Source of the DNA: a virus
Lineage: Duplodnaviria; Caudoviricetes
DNA: 25,501 nt
Reading direction: 5' to 3' (one strand)
IMG/VR virus record: IMGVR_UViG_3300032335_000803
Span: 1-25,501 of that record
Shown: piece by piece, positions 7,823 to 14,360 of the stretch
Position numbering within the stretch: position 1 is the first letter of the stretch
Layout of the letters: every line of letters begins with the position of its first letter
Notes under the pieces: model-generated
What the model was told of the DNA's origin: nothing
Database searches by the model: none
Seen by the model: only the letters and a program-made list of their open reading frames with translations
Position numbers and translations under genes: made by a program

Positions 7823-8734
7823 TCACCCAGCCGGCCGGTTGATGTCGGGCAGGTAGCCCAGGTTTGACTCCCGTCCGGTGATGTCCTCATCGTAATAGTG
7901 ATCCTCGGCCATCTGTTCGCTGCTGTGCCCCAGCTGCTTCTTGGCTGAGATCCCAGCCTTTTTCAGGTAACTGGCCGTTGCCTTGCGAATCGAATGAAAA
8001 GGGTGGTACGGGACGCCTGCCGACCGGCACAGAACCCTGAGGCTGGGGTAAATCGACAACGCCTGGCGATCATCAAGCCAGGGCCACACACGCTCGCCAG
8101 GAGCCCCTCGCTGCGTGGCTAGGCACTTGGCTAGGGCGGGCGTGATCTCCCGTGTAATCGTCTCCCTGTGGCCTTTGCGGGTGGCCGCCAAGAACGTCAG
8201 GGTGTGCCGCTCCAGATCCACCTGCTCCCAGCGGAGCTCGAGCACCGCACCGATACGCTCGCCCGTTTGAAACATCGCCTGAATTTTGGTGGTCCAGTAC
8301 CAGGCGGCGGGCTTGCCGCAGATGTAGCCCCTGCGGTGGCGGGCAGCCTCGACCAGCTTGGCGAGCTCGGCAGCGTTGAACGCTTTGGGCACCGGTTTGG
8401 GCACCCTCGGCCTGGCGTAATCGGGGAACTCCAGCAGTTCGCCGTCTGACCGCTTCCAGCGTTTTCTGGCCAGCCAGGTCCACAGGCTCCGCAGGTGGGC
8501 GGAATCCTTGGCTAGGCTGGCCGGCGAGATCAGGCCACGCTTGATGTCGTGGACTGTGGTGCTACGCCACCGGATGAACTTGGCGGCCGTAAGGTCTTCT
8601 AGATCGTCCACGGTTGGCTCGTGGCCGAGGAAGTCTCGGAACCTGTCGAGCGTGCTCAGGTACATCGACACCGACCTGTCGCTCAGGTTCTTCAGCGGCG
8701 CGACACGGTCAATCAGCAGTTCTCTCAGAGTCAT
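7823..8734 (-). CDS. int: Tyrosine recombinase / phage integrase
   Basis: Catalytic set present: TGERIGAV (R), TRKG (K), FHSIRK (HxxR), LGHS (H), DHYY (Y). N-terminal core-binding domain. Probable ATG at 8734. Confidence 0.92.
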   Translation of the reverse strand: MTLRELLIDRVAPLKNLSDRSVSMYLSTLDRFRDFLGHEPTVDDLEDLTAAKFIRWRSTTVHDIKRGLISPASLAKDSAHLRSLWTWLARKRWKRSDGELLEFPDYARPRVPKPVPKAFNAAELAKLVEAARHRRGYICGKPAAWYWTTKIQAMFQTGERIGAVLELRWEQVDLERHTLTFLAATRKGHRETITREITPALAKCLATQRGAPGERVWPWLDDRQALSIYPSLRVLCRSAGVPYHPFHSIRKATASYLKKAGISAKKQLGHSSEQMAEDHYYDEDITGRESNLGYLPDINRPAG

Positions 8735-8776
8735 AGCCAGCCCCTTTTTTGCCAACGTCTGCGGTCACAGGTTTTC

Positions 8777-8844
8777 AGTGTACGAAGTGTACAACTGTAC
8801 CCCATCCGCTAAAAAGATCGGCATGAAAGTAGTGTACGCAGTTT
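8777..8844. repeat. Cluster of (A/T)GTAC-core repeats upstream of int (operator or attP arm sites)
   Basis: AGTGTAC 8777-8783, AGTGTAC 8786-8792, ACTGTAC 8794-8800, AGTGTAC 8831-8837. TGTACGCAGTTT 8833-8844 recurs exactly at 9774-9785. Confidence 0.6.
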
Positions 8845-8875
8845 CTAGTATGCGGGACAAGGCGAGGATGCCGAT

Positions 8876-8903
8876 TTGACTAAGTACCAGATAGCGTTAG
8901 CAT
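8876..8903 (+). promoter_or_regulatory. Sigma70-type promoter, probably giving a leaderless transcript of the HTH gene
   Basis: TTGACT-16 nt-TAGCAT. The ATG at 8911 lies 7 nt past the -10 box, with no RBS. Confidence 0.55.
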
Positions 8904-8910
8904 CCAACGG

Positions 8911-9183
8911 ATGGTTGCCATGACACCGCAGGAACTCGACAGTGGCGAATACCTCACGGTTCTTGAGGCCGTAGAGCTCATGGGCTGCTCTGAAGCGTGG
9001 GTTCGCACGCTCTTGGGCCGTGGCCTGCTGCCCGGTTCTAGGCGGATTGGCCAGCGTGTCTGGCTGATCCCAAAGACCGCCGCCACAGAAGCCAAGGACG
9101 GCTTGAGCACCAGGGCGACCGGCAAGCGGCACCTCGCCAAGCGTCCCGCCGCCAAGCGTAAAAAGGCGAAGCGGAAGAAGTAG
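8911..9183 (+). CDS. Excisionase-type (HTH_17/MerR-like) DNA-binding protein with a basic tail
   Basis: YLTVLEAVELMGCSEAWVRTLLGRGLLPGSRRIGQRVWLIP is an Xis-type winged HTH. Divergent from int; K/R-rich C-terminus. Confidence 0.8.
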   Translation: MVAMTPQELDSGEYLTVLEAVELMGCSEAWVRTLLGRGLLPGSRRIGQRVWLIPKTAATEAKDGLSTRATGKRHLAKRPAAKRKKAKRKK

Positions 9184-9203
9184 CGTTTCCCCGCTGGAAA
9201 CGC
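9183..9203. terminator. Perfect 8-bp hairpin after the HTH gene
   Basis: GCGTTTCC-CCGCT-GGAAACGC. No clear U-tract on the + strand. Confidence 0.45.
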
Positions 9204-9229
9204 ACCACAAAAAATCTTTCCTCTCCCCC

Positions 9230-9258
9230 TTGACGCCTAAGTGACGATAGCCTAAACT
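9230..9258 (+). promoter_or_regulatory. Sigma70-type promoter with an operator-like repeat in the spacer
   Basis: TTGACG-17 nt-TAAACT. The spacer contains AAGTGACGATAGCC. Confidence 0.7.
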
Positions 9259-9309
9259 ACACCCATGCGAGCGAATGAGACTCGCAAGTCAAAAACTGGA
9301 AACGAAACG

Positions 9310-9480
9310 ATGAACGCTCTGATTAGCAACGACCGTGTGGTGGCCATCGAGGTTCGCGGCGAGACTCGCTACTTCATCTCGATGGGCCGCCCCGGATTCA
9401 ATCTTCCCGCGAACAACCGAAAGGGCTACGCCACGGCCAAGGCGGCCGAGGCCGCTAGCCTCCGCTGTGAGCGGGCCTGA
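9310..9480 (+). CDS. Small hypothetical early protein
   Basis: MNALISNDRVVAIEVRGETRYFISMGRPGFN... The start could instead be the ATG at 9265. Confidence 0.6.
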   Translation: MNALISNDRVVAIEVRGETRYFISMGRPGFNLPANNRKGYATAKAAEAASLRCERA

Positions 9481-9556
9481 GACACCACAAGGTGGGGCCA
9501 CCCGGCCTGCCGACAGCTGCGAAACGGGTGGCAATCGCACACAGGATTCTCAGGCC
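9474..9556 (+). ncRNA. Candidate three-way-junction RNA element
   Basis: P1 GGCCTGAGA/TCTCAGGCC encloses CACC-ACAA-GGTG and GCCACCCG/CGGGTGGC stems. It ends immediately before an AAGGAGG RBS. Confidence 0.4.
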
Positions 9557-9571
9557 AAGGAGGGCCACGCT

Positions 9572-9715
9572 ATGAAACGCAACTGGAACGCTGCCCTGCA
9601 ATCGCTCGTTCTCGTCCGCCTGGGCCAGGAGCTCGGGTGCGACTCGCCGGCTACTCGAGCCCTGCACGACCTGCTGGACCTTCTCGCCAGCGTGGCCGGC
9701 ATACTTGCAAAGTGA
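9572..9715 (+). CDS. Small hypothetical protein (47 aa)
   Basis: AAGGAGG RBS then MKRNWNAALQSLVLVRLGQELGCDSP... Confidence 0.6.
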   Translation: MKRNWNAALQSLVLVRLGQELGCDSPATRALHDLLDLLASVAGILAK

Positions 9716-9753
9716 CCAACTGACGCTACCCTTACGCCGAAGTGACGGTAGCC
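9705..9753 (+). promoter_or_regulatory. Possible promoter with two operator-like repeats
   Basis: TTGCAA-16-TACCCT. AACTGACGCTACC (9718-9730) and AAGTGACGGTAGCC (9740-9753) match the 9239-9252 motif. Confidence 0.45.
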
Positions 9754-9815
9754 ACACCCAGGAACACGACTCATGTACGCAGTTTTCAATCCCCTCATTT
9801 TGTTGGCTTGCTCGG

Positions 9816-9845
9816 TTGACTCTGGACTATACGGCTGTACACTAC
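9816..9845 (+). promoter_or_regulatory. Sigma70-type early promoter overlapped by a GTAC-core site
   Basis: TTGACT-16-TACACT. ATAC-GGCT-GTAC (9829-9840) overlaps the -10 box. GTACACTAC is the reverse complement of 8829-8837. Confidence 0.55.
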
Positions 9846-9868
9846 CGCACCACACGAAAGGAAATCGC

Positions 9869-10096
9869 ATGACCACGACTGACCCGCACAACAACGAGTA
9901 CCTCGCAGCCATCGCCAACCTGCACGAGCAGACGCAGAGCCCCGCACCCCGCACCTTCGCTGTTGGCGACTTCGTCAGCGGCATTAGCGGCGGCAAGCGT
10001 TGGAGCGGCCGGATTTTCGCCCTCGACGGTGACCGGCTCAGCATCGAGATGCCAGGGGCATGGCTTTCGGTATCGGCCAAGGACATCACGCACTGA
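9869..10096 (+). CDS. Small hypothetical protein with an SH3/KOW-like C-terminus
   Basis: GAAAGGA RBS, ATG at 9869. FAVGDFV...WSGRI...LSIE...WLSVSAKDI is a beta-barrel-like pattern. Confidence 0.7.
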   Translation: MTTTDPHNNEYLAAIANLHEQTQSPAPRTFAVGDFVSGISGGKRWSGRIFALDGDRLSIEMPGAWLSVSAKDITH

Positions 10097-10233
10097 ACAA
10101 GGGACCGCCAACGGCAGGACGCCGTGAAGCGGAAGGAATGGGCGGAGCCCCGTAAGCAAGGACGCACGAACCACCCGCCGAGCAGGACGCAGAGCGGGCT
10201 TTCCAGATTCCAGAACCACGAAAGGAACTCGAC
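10097..10233 (+). ncRNA. Candidate CsrB/RsmZ-like GGA-repeat RNA, or CsrA-binding leader
   Basis: Eight GGA motifs in ~130 nt of non-coding sequence, several in hairpin loops (ACGGC-AGGAC-GCCGT, GGGC-GGA-GCCC). GCA(A)GGACGC occurs three times. Confidence 0.5.
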
Positions 10234-11079
10234 ATGAGCACAGAAATCAGCACTAGAGCCGCTGGCGGATTGGCCCTGGCGACATTCGATGACGCCTTCC
10301 GGTTTGCCAAGATGGTGAGCCAGTCGGACTTCGCCCCCAAAGACTTTAGGGGCAAGCCGGAGAGCTGCTTGTTGGCCATCCAGCACGGCTCGGAGGTGGG
10401 CCTGAGCCCCATGCAGTCGCTCCAGTCGATTGCCTGCATTAACGGGCGGCCGAGCGTCTGGGGCGACGCGGCCCTGGCTCTCGTCATTGGCTCGCCCGTC
10501 TGCGAGTACGTGCGGGAGACGGTGGATGGCGAAGGCGAAGCCATGGTCGCCACGTGCGAAGCCAAGCGACGTGGCTACGAAAAGGCCAGCGTCGTGCGGT
10601 TCAGCGTGGCCGACGCCAAGAAAGCCGGGCTGTGGGGCAAGCAAGGCCCGTGGGTCCAGTACAGCCGGAGAATGCTCCAGATGCGGGCGAGGGGCTTCGC
10701 TCTGCGAGATGCGTTTCCTGACGTTCTGCGTGGCCTCGTCACGGCCGAGGAGGCCCAGGACTACCCGCAGGGCGAACCCGCCAAACCAACGGCCAGGGAG
10801 CCCGTGGTAATCGGACCAGCCGCACCGGCACTCACGCTGAGCGTGAGCAAGGATGACCCGATGACCAAGGCTCGGCACGCCGTGCAACTGGCCAAGAGCG
10901 TGCCCGAGCTCAACAAGCTGCGGTCTCTCGTTCAGAAGAGACGCAACGAGGGGACGTTCAGCGAGGAGCAACACCACGAGTTGGTCGAGCTCATGATCGG
11001 CAAGGCGGAGTTGCTGCCCGACGATGACACGGGCCTGGCGTTTGAGCACGAAGCCGCCGAGCACGAGGTGACGGCATGA
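10234..11079 (+). CDS. RecT-like single-strand annealing recombinase
   Basis: GLSPMQSLQSIACINGRPSVWG and LWGKQGPWVQYSRRMLQMRARGFALRDAFPDVLRGL..EE are typical of phage RecT-like annealases. AAAGGA RBS. Confidence 0.75.
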   Translation: MSTEISTRAAGGLALATFDDAFRFAKMVSQSDFAPKDFRGKPESCLLAIQHGSEVGLSPMQSLQSIACINGRPSVWGDAALALVIGSPVCEYVRETVDGEGEAMVATCEAKRRGYEKASVVRFSVADAKKAGLWGKQGPWVQYSRRMLQMRARGFALRDAFPDVLRGLVTAEEAQDYPQGEPAKPTAREPVVIGPAAPALTLSVSKDDPMTKARHAVQLAKSVPELNKLRSLVQKRRNEGTFSEEQHHELVELMIGKAELLPDDDTGLAFEHEAAEHEVTA

Positions 11080-11312
11080 GCCCGGCCGCGTGGATCAGCG
11101 AGCGTCGCTATCGGCTGCTGGATCTGGTGCGTCACCAGTGGGGCGAGGACTCAGCGGAGCAGCTGCGTTACGCCATCGATGACTACCTCAGAACCGCTCC
11201 AGAAAACGCTGAACTTGTGCTGAAGGTCAGGGCGTTGTCGGCACGGCTGCGTGAGCTTGACCCGCCACCACCCGTGTGTCGTGACTTTGGCGTGAGATTC
11301 ACAGGAGATTGA
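11076..11312 (+). CDS. Hypothetical protein
   Basis: ATGA overlap and GAGGT RBS; 78 aa. Confidence 0.6.
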   Translation: MSPAAWISERRYRLLDLVRHQWGEDSAEQLRYAIDDYLRTAPENAELVLKVRALSARLRELDPPPPVCRDFGVRFTGD

Positions 11313-11319
11313 CCAACAC

Positions 11320-11449
11320 ACGCTGGGCTCGCAGCGTCAACCGGCGATTAGCCGGCGAGCAGCCACCGCACTCAAGAGGCGTCGTATCAGTGCAGTTGAG
11401 GCCGGTATCCGTTGTCGGTGACTTGACCGTACGCCACACGTCACGTGGC
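11320..11449 (+). ncRNA. Candidate multi-hairpin intergenic RNA
   Basis: Five consecutive stem-loops in a ~160-nt intergenic gap (detailed in findings). Confidence 0.35.
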
Positions 11450-11470
11450 ACATACACAAGGAGGTGAAAG

Positions 11471-11608
11471 ATGCCATCAGGAAAGCCAGCCGACGCCCTT
11501 CGCATAGCGGAGCTGCTACGGCAGGGACTCACCCAGACGCAAGTCGCTCTGCGGCTCGGAGTCTCCAAGTCGGTGGTCAACCGGATCGCCAAAGAGGTGG
11601 CGGCATGA
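11471..11608 (+). CDS. Small HTH DNA-binding protein (45 aa)
   Basis: AAGGAGGT RBS; MPSGKPADALRIAELLRQGLTQTQVALRLGVSKSVVNRIAKEVAA*. Not in the ORF track. Confidence 0.75.
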   Translation: MPSGKPADALRIAELLRQGLTQTQVALRLGVSKSVVNRIAKEVAA

Positions 11609-11931
11609 ACCACTACGGCATCGAAGACTCAGCCGGCCCACTCTTCGCCGCACCTGCTCGAGCACCTGCGGTGCAGTCCAGCCCGACCAGCATGGCTGCC
11701 GCCGACGCTATGGGCTCGCGGCTTAACACGCTACAGCGTTCGGTTGTGGCGTTCCTGCGGGCTCGCGGTGACCACGGGGCCACAGACGAGGAGATTGCCA
11801 CGGGGCTGGCGATGAATCCCAGCACGGCGAGGCCGAGGCGGATCGAGTTGGTGCGGCGCGGCCTGGTGGTCGAGGCCGGGACGAGACGGGCGATGAGCGG
11901 ACGGTACGCGACGGCGTGGAGGTTGGCGTGA
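11605..11931 (+). CDS. Winged-helix DNA-binding protein
   Basis: ATGA overlap. GATDEEIATGLAMNPSTARPRRIELVRRGLVVEAGTRR is a winged-HTH pattern. Confidence 0.75.
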   Translation: MNHYGIEDSAGPLFAAPARAPAVQSSPTSMAAADAMGSRLNTLQRSVVAFLRARGDHGATDEEIATGLAMNPSTARPRRIELVRRGLVVEAGTRRAMSGRYATAWRLA

Positions 11932-12428
11932 GCGAGCACGATCAGTTTGTATGGGAAGACGCAGGCCGCATTTTTTTCAAGATGCTCAGTCACGCAGAGG
12001 ACGACGTTCTTGGGCCCGACATGTTTGTTCTGTACTCGCCAAAAGACCTAGACCGGCTGCCTCCTTGCCCTGGCGTTTACATCGGCTTTAACGAGCACGG
12101 GCGTTGCCAATACGTAGGAGAATCAGCCTGTGTCGGCAGGCGCATTGGGGCATTCGGCTCTCGTGATGAACTTCGTTACTGCAAATACATAGCCGTGATC
12201 TTGGCAGATGACGAACGGCAGATGCGAAGGCTTGAGCTTTATTTTATCGGCCTACTTGATCCAGTTTTCAATAAACAGATACGGCCGACTGGAAAGCGCC
12301 ACATATGCAATGCCGACCAGCTGACATGGAATCCAGAGCGACGCATGTGGTCATTGAATGGAAGCTCTGCATTGATAGACCGAAGCGGAAATGTCCGGGA
12401 CGCTAAAGGTCGCAAGCAGCCACGCTAA
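11928..12428 (+). CDS. GIY-YIG family nuclease
   Basis: LPPCPGVYIG...QYVGES...RR...LE...I..L.P.FN. GTGA overlap; visibly more A/T-rich than its flanks. Confidence 0.75.
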   Translation: MSEHDQFVWEDAGRIFFKMLSHAEDDVLGPDMFVLYSPKDLDRLPPCPGVYIGFNEHGRCQYVGESACVGRRIGAFGSRDELRYCKYIAVILADDERQMRRLELYFIGLLDPVFNKQIRPTGKRHICNADQLTWNPERRMWSLNGSSALIDRSGNVRDAKGRKQPR

Positions 12429-12464
12429 ATTCGGCGTGGCGTAATTAAAAGGAGGCAACCGAGC

Positions 12465-13304
12465 ATGAGCAATCGGAAATCAGTTGGAAGTCGCGTTCGT
12501 TTTGAGGTGCTTAAGAGGGACTCTTTTACGTGCCAATACTGCGGAGTGAAGGCTCCTGAAGTGATACTTGAAGTTGATCACATAACGCCCGTTGCAGATT
12601 GCGGATCAAACGACCTTCTGAACCTTGTTACATCCTGCCGAGAGTGCAACTCTGGAAAGTCAGACAAGCGGTTATCTGACGAGTCTGCTGTTCAGAAGTC
12701 GCGTGCTCAGGCAGATGAACTCCAAGCTCGAAGGCAGCAAGTTGCGATGATTTCTAAGTGGCACCTTGGCTTATCAGAAATCGACTCAGATGCAGCTGGT
12801 GCGCTTGAGTCACTATGCCTTCGTGCTTTTGGGCTAGATGACGGCACGGTTTTGTTTGATCACGCCAAGCAAGAACTAGCGCGGCTGGCAAAGAGATATG
12901 GCCACGAGATTGCTTGTAAAGCCATTACGGCAGCTGCCGGAAAGCTGCTTATGTCTGGTGAATCGAGCGATTACGTTGCCCAGCTGGAGGCGTTTAATTC
13001 GATTGGCCGGATCTGCGGCGTGATGAAAGCAGCTGAAAAAGATCCTGGAGTTGAGCGTCTTTTTTACATTCGCGGCATTCTTCGCCGCCGGCTCTCTTAT
13101 GTAAATGACAAACACTGCATCGTTTTGCTGAAAGACGCTAGGGATGCAGGCATCGCAATCGATTGGCTTGAAAAGCTATCAAAGGAAGTCACTAGCTGGA
13201 CTCAATTTCGTCTTTCTGTTGAGGCAGCGATGATTGGCGATGAGTGCCAAGAGCAAGACGACATGTTGAAGCTTGAGGAGGCCACGGATGGCACGAGCCC
13301 GTAG
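12465..13304 (+). CDS. HNH endonuclease with a helical C-terminal domain
   Basis: RFEVLKRDSFTCQYCG...EVDHITPV...NLVTSCRECNSGK. AAAGGAGG RBS; A/T-richer than its flanks. Confidence 0.85.
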   Translation: MSNRKSVGSRVRFEVLKRDSFTCQYCGVKAPEVILEVDHITPVADCGSNDLLNLVTSCRECNSGKSDKRLSDESAVQKSRAQADELQARRQQVAMISKWHLGLSEIDSDAAGALESLCLRAFGLDDGTVLFDHAKQELARLAKRYGHEIACKAITAAAGKLLMSGESSDYVAQLEAFNSIGRICGVMKAAEKDPGVERLFYIRGILRRRLSYVNDKHCIVLLKDARDAGIAIDWLEKLSKEVTSWTQFRLSVEAAMIGDECQEQDDMLKLEEATDGTSP

Positions 13305-14139
13305 TATCAAACCCGCGTTCTTCAAGAACGAGTTCCTTGCTGAGTGCGAGCCCATGGCCCGCCTTCTGTTCGTAGGGCTCTGGACCCTGGCCGACCGTAA
13401 TGGCCGGCTGGAGTACCGCCCGTTGCGGATCAAGGCGGAGCTGTTCCCGTACGAGAACTGCGACATGGCCGCCATGCTTAAGCAGCTGGAGGACCGTGGC
13501 TTCGTTCGTGCCTACGAAGTCCAGGGGGTGCGGGTGCTCGAGATTCCCAAGTTCTGCGACCATCAGCGGTGCCACCCGGACGAGCGTGCCGAACAACTTC
13601 CCCCGTGTGAAGATGGGCAAGCCGGACTTTCCGGCGCACCAGCCGGGAAATTTCCCGGCTCCTCCGAATCTGCGGCGCACGAGCCGGGAAATTTCCCGTC
13701 GAATTGCGCCTCTTATCCTTCTTCCTTTAATCCTTCTACCTCTAGTCCTTCGGTAGCCACGAGCGAGCCGCCGAAGCGGCGGACACGCTCCCGGCCCGAT
13801 GCCGCCATCTCGTGGACTGCTGACGCAGGGTGGCAGGGGATCACCGAGGCCGACCGCCAGGAGTGGCGTCTGGCGTACCCAGCGTGCGACCTAGCGGGCG
13901 AACTGGCTCGGGCCACGTCGTGGCTAAGGGCAAACCCCACCAAGGCTCACAAGTCCAACTGGCGGAAGTTTGTGGTTGGCTGGCTAACCCGGTCGCAGGA
14001 CCGTGGTGGCACGAACCGGACGCCAGGCGTGAGGCCAGACGAGAAGCCGCCACCCAAGGCGTTCGCTGGCCGAGACGCTGAACGATTCGCCGCAACGCTT
14101 GCCAAGGCTGTGACACTCACCGAGGAGGATTTGAGATGA
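13288..14139 (+). CDS. Phage replication initiator (replisome organiser-type)
   Basis: MARARSIKPAFFKNE...ARLLFVGLWTLADRNGR N-terminal winged helix, low-complexity linker containing iterons, C-terminal NW.KF...WL.R. GAGGAGG RBS. Confidence 0.75.
   Translation: MARARSIKPAFFKNEFLAECEPMARLLFVGLWTLADRNGRLEYRPLRIKAELFPYENCDMAAMLKQLEDRGFVRAYEVQGVRVLEIPKFCDHQRCHPDERAEQLPPCEDGQAGLSGAPAGKFPGSSESAAHEPGNFPSNCASYPSSFNPSTSSPSVATSEPPKRRTRSRPDAAISWTADAGWQGITEADRQEWRLAYPACDLAGELARATSWLRANPTKAHKSNWRKFVVGWLTRSQDRGGTNRTPGVRPDEKPPPKAFAGRDAERFAATLAKAVTLTEEDLR
13620..13751. repeat. Putative replication origin: palindromic iterons plus a pyrimidine-rich tract
   Basis: CGGCGCAC(C/G)AGCCGGGAAATTTCCCG at 13632-13657 and 13673-13698. 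Perfect 20-bp palindrome at 13641-13660. TCCTTC-rich tract at 13708-13751. Confidence 0.65.
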
Positions 14140-14360
14140 CCCTAGACGCAGACCCGAAACCGTTGACCGCACGCCAGGCGGAGGTGCTCGCCTTCATCCG
14201 AGCGAACATGGCGTACTACTCGCCCACTGTGCGGCAGATCGCCGTGGAGATGGGCATCAAAAATCACAACGCGGTGTTCCACCACTTGAATGCCCTGGAG
14301 AAGAAGGGTGCGATCCGCCGCATCGCTGGCAAGTCCCGCAACATCGAGGTGATTGCATGA
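14136..14360 (+). CDS. Stand-alone LexA-type DNA-binding domain (no peptidase domain)
   Basis: LTARQAEVLAFI...YSPTVRQIA..MGI...NAVFHHLNALEKKGAIRR..GKSRNIEV matches the LexA N-terminal domain. The ORF stops before any Ala-Gly cleavage site or S24 domain. Confidence 0.85.
   Translation: MTLDADPKPLTARQAEVLAFIRANMAYYSPTVRQIAVEMGIKNHNAVFHHLNALEKKGAIRRIAGKSRNIEVIA

Noticed and set aside
9497-9532. Hammerhead ribozyme (CTGCCGA...GAAAC)
   Set aside because: The core deviates from CUGANGA and I could not build stems I-III with a cleavage triplet. Kept only as an unclassified structure.
9550-11064. 504-aa minus-strand ORF
   Set aside because: Antisense shadow of the RecT-like gene and its neighbours in high-GC DNA. 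No motifs, and it crosses clear + strand genes and promoters.
11464-11604. N-terminal extension of the 11464..11931 ORF
   Set aside because: A 45-aa HTH gene with a well-spaced RBS occupies 11471..11608 in another frame. The winged-helix gene more plausibly starts at 11605.
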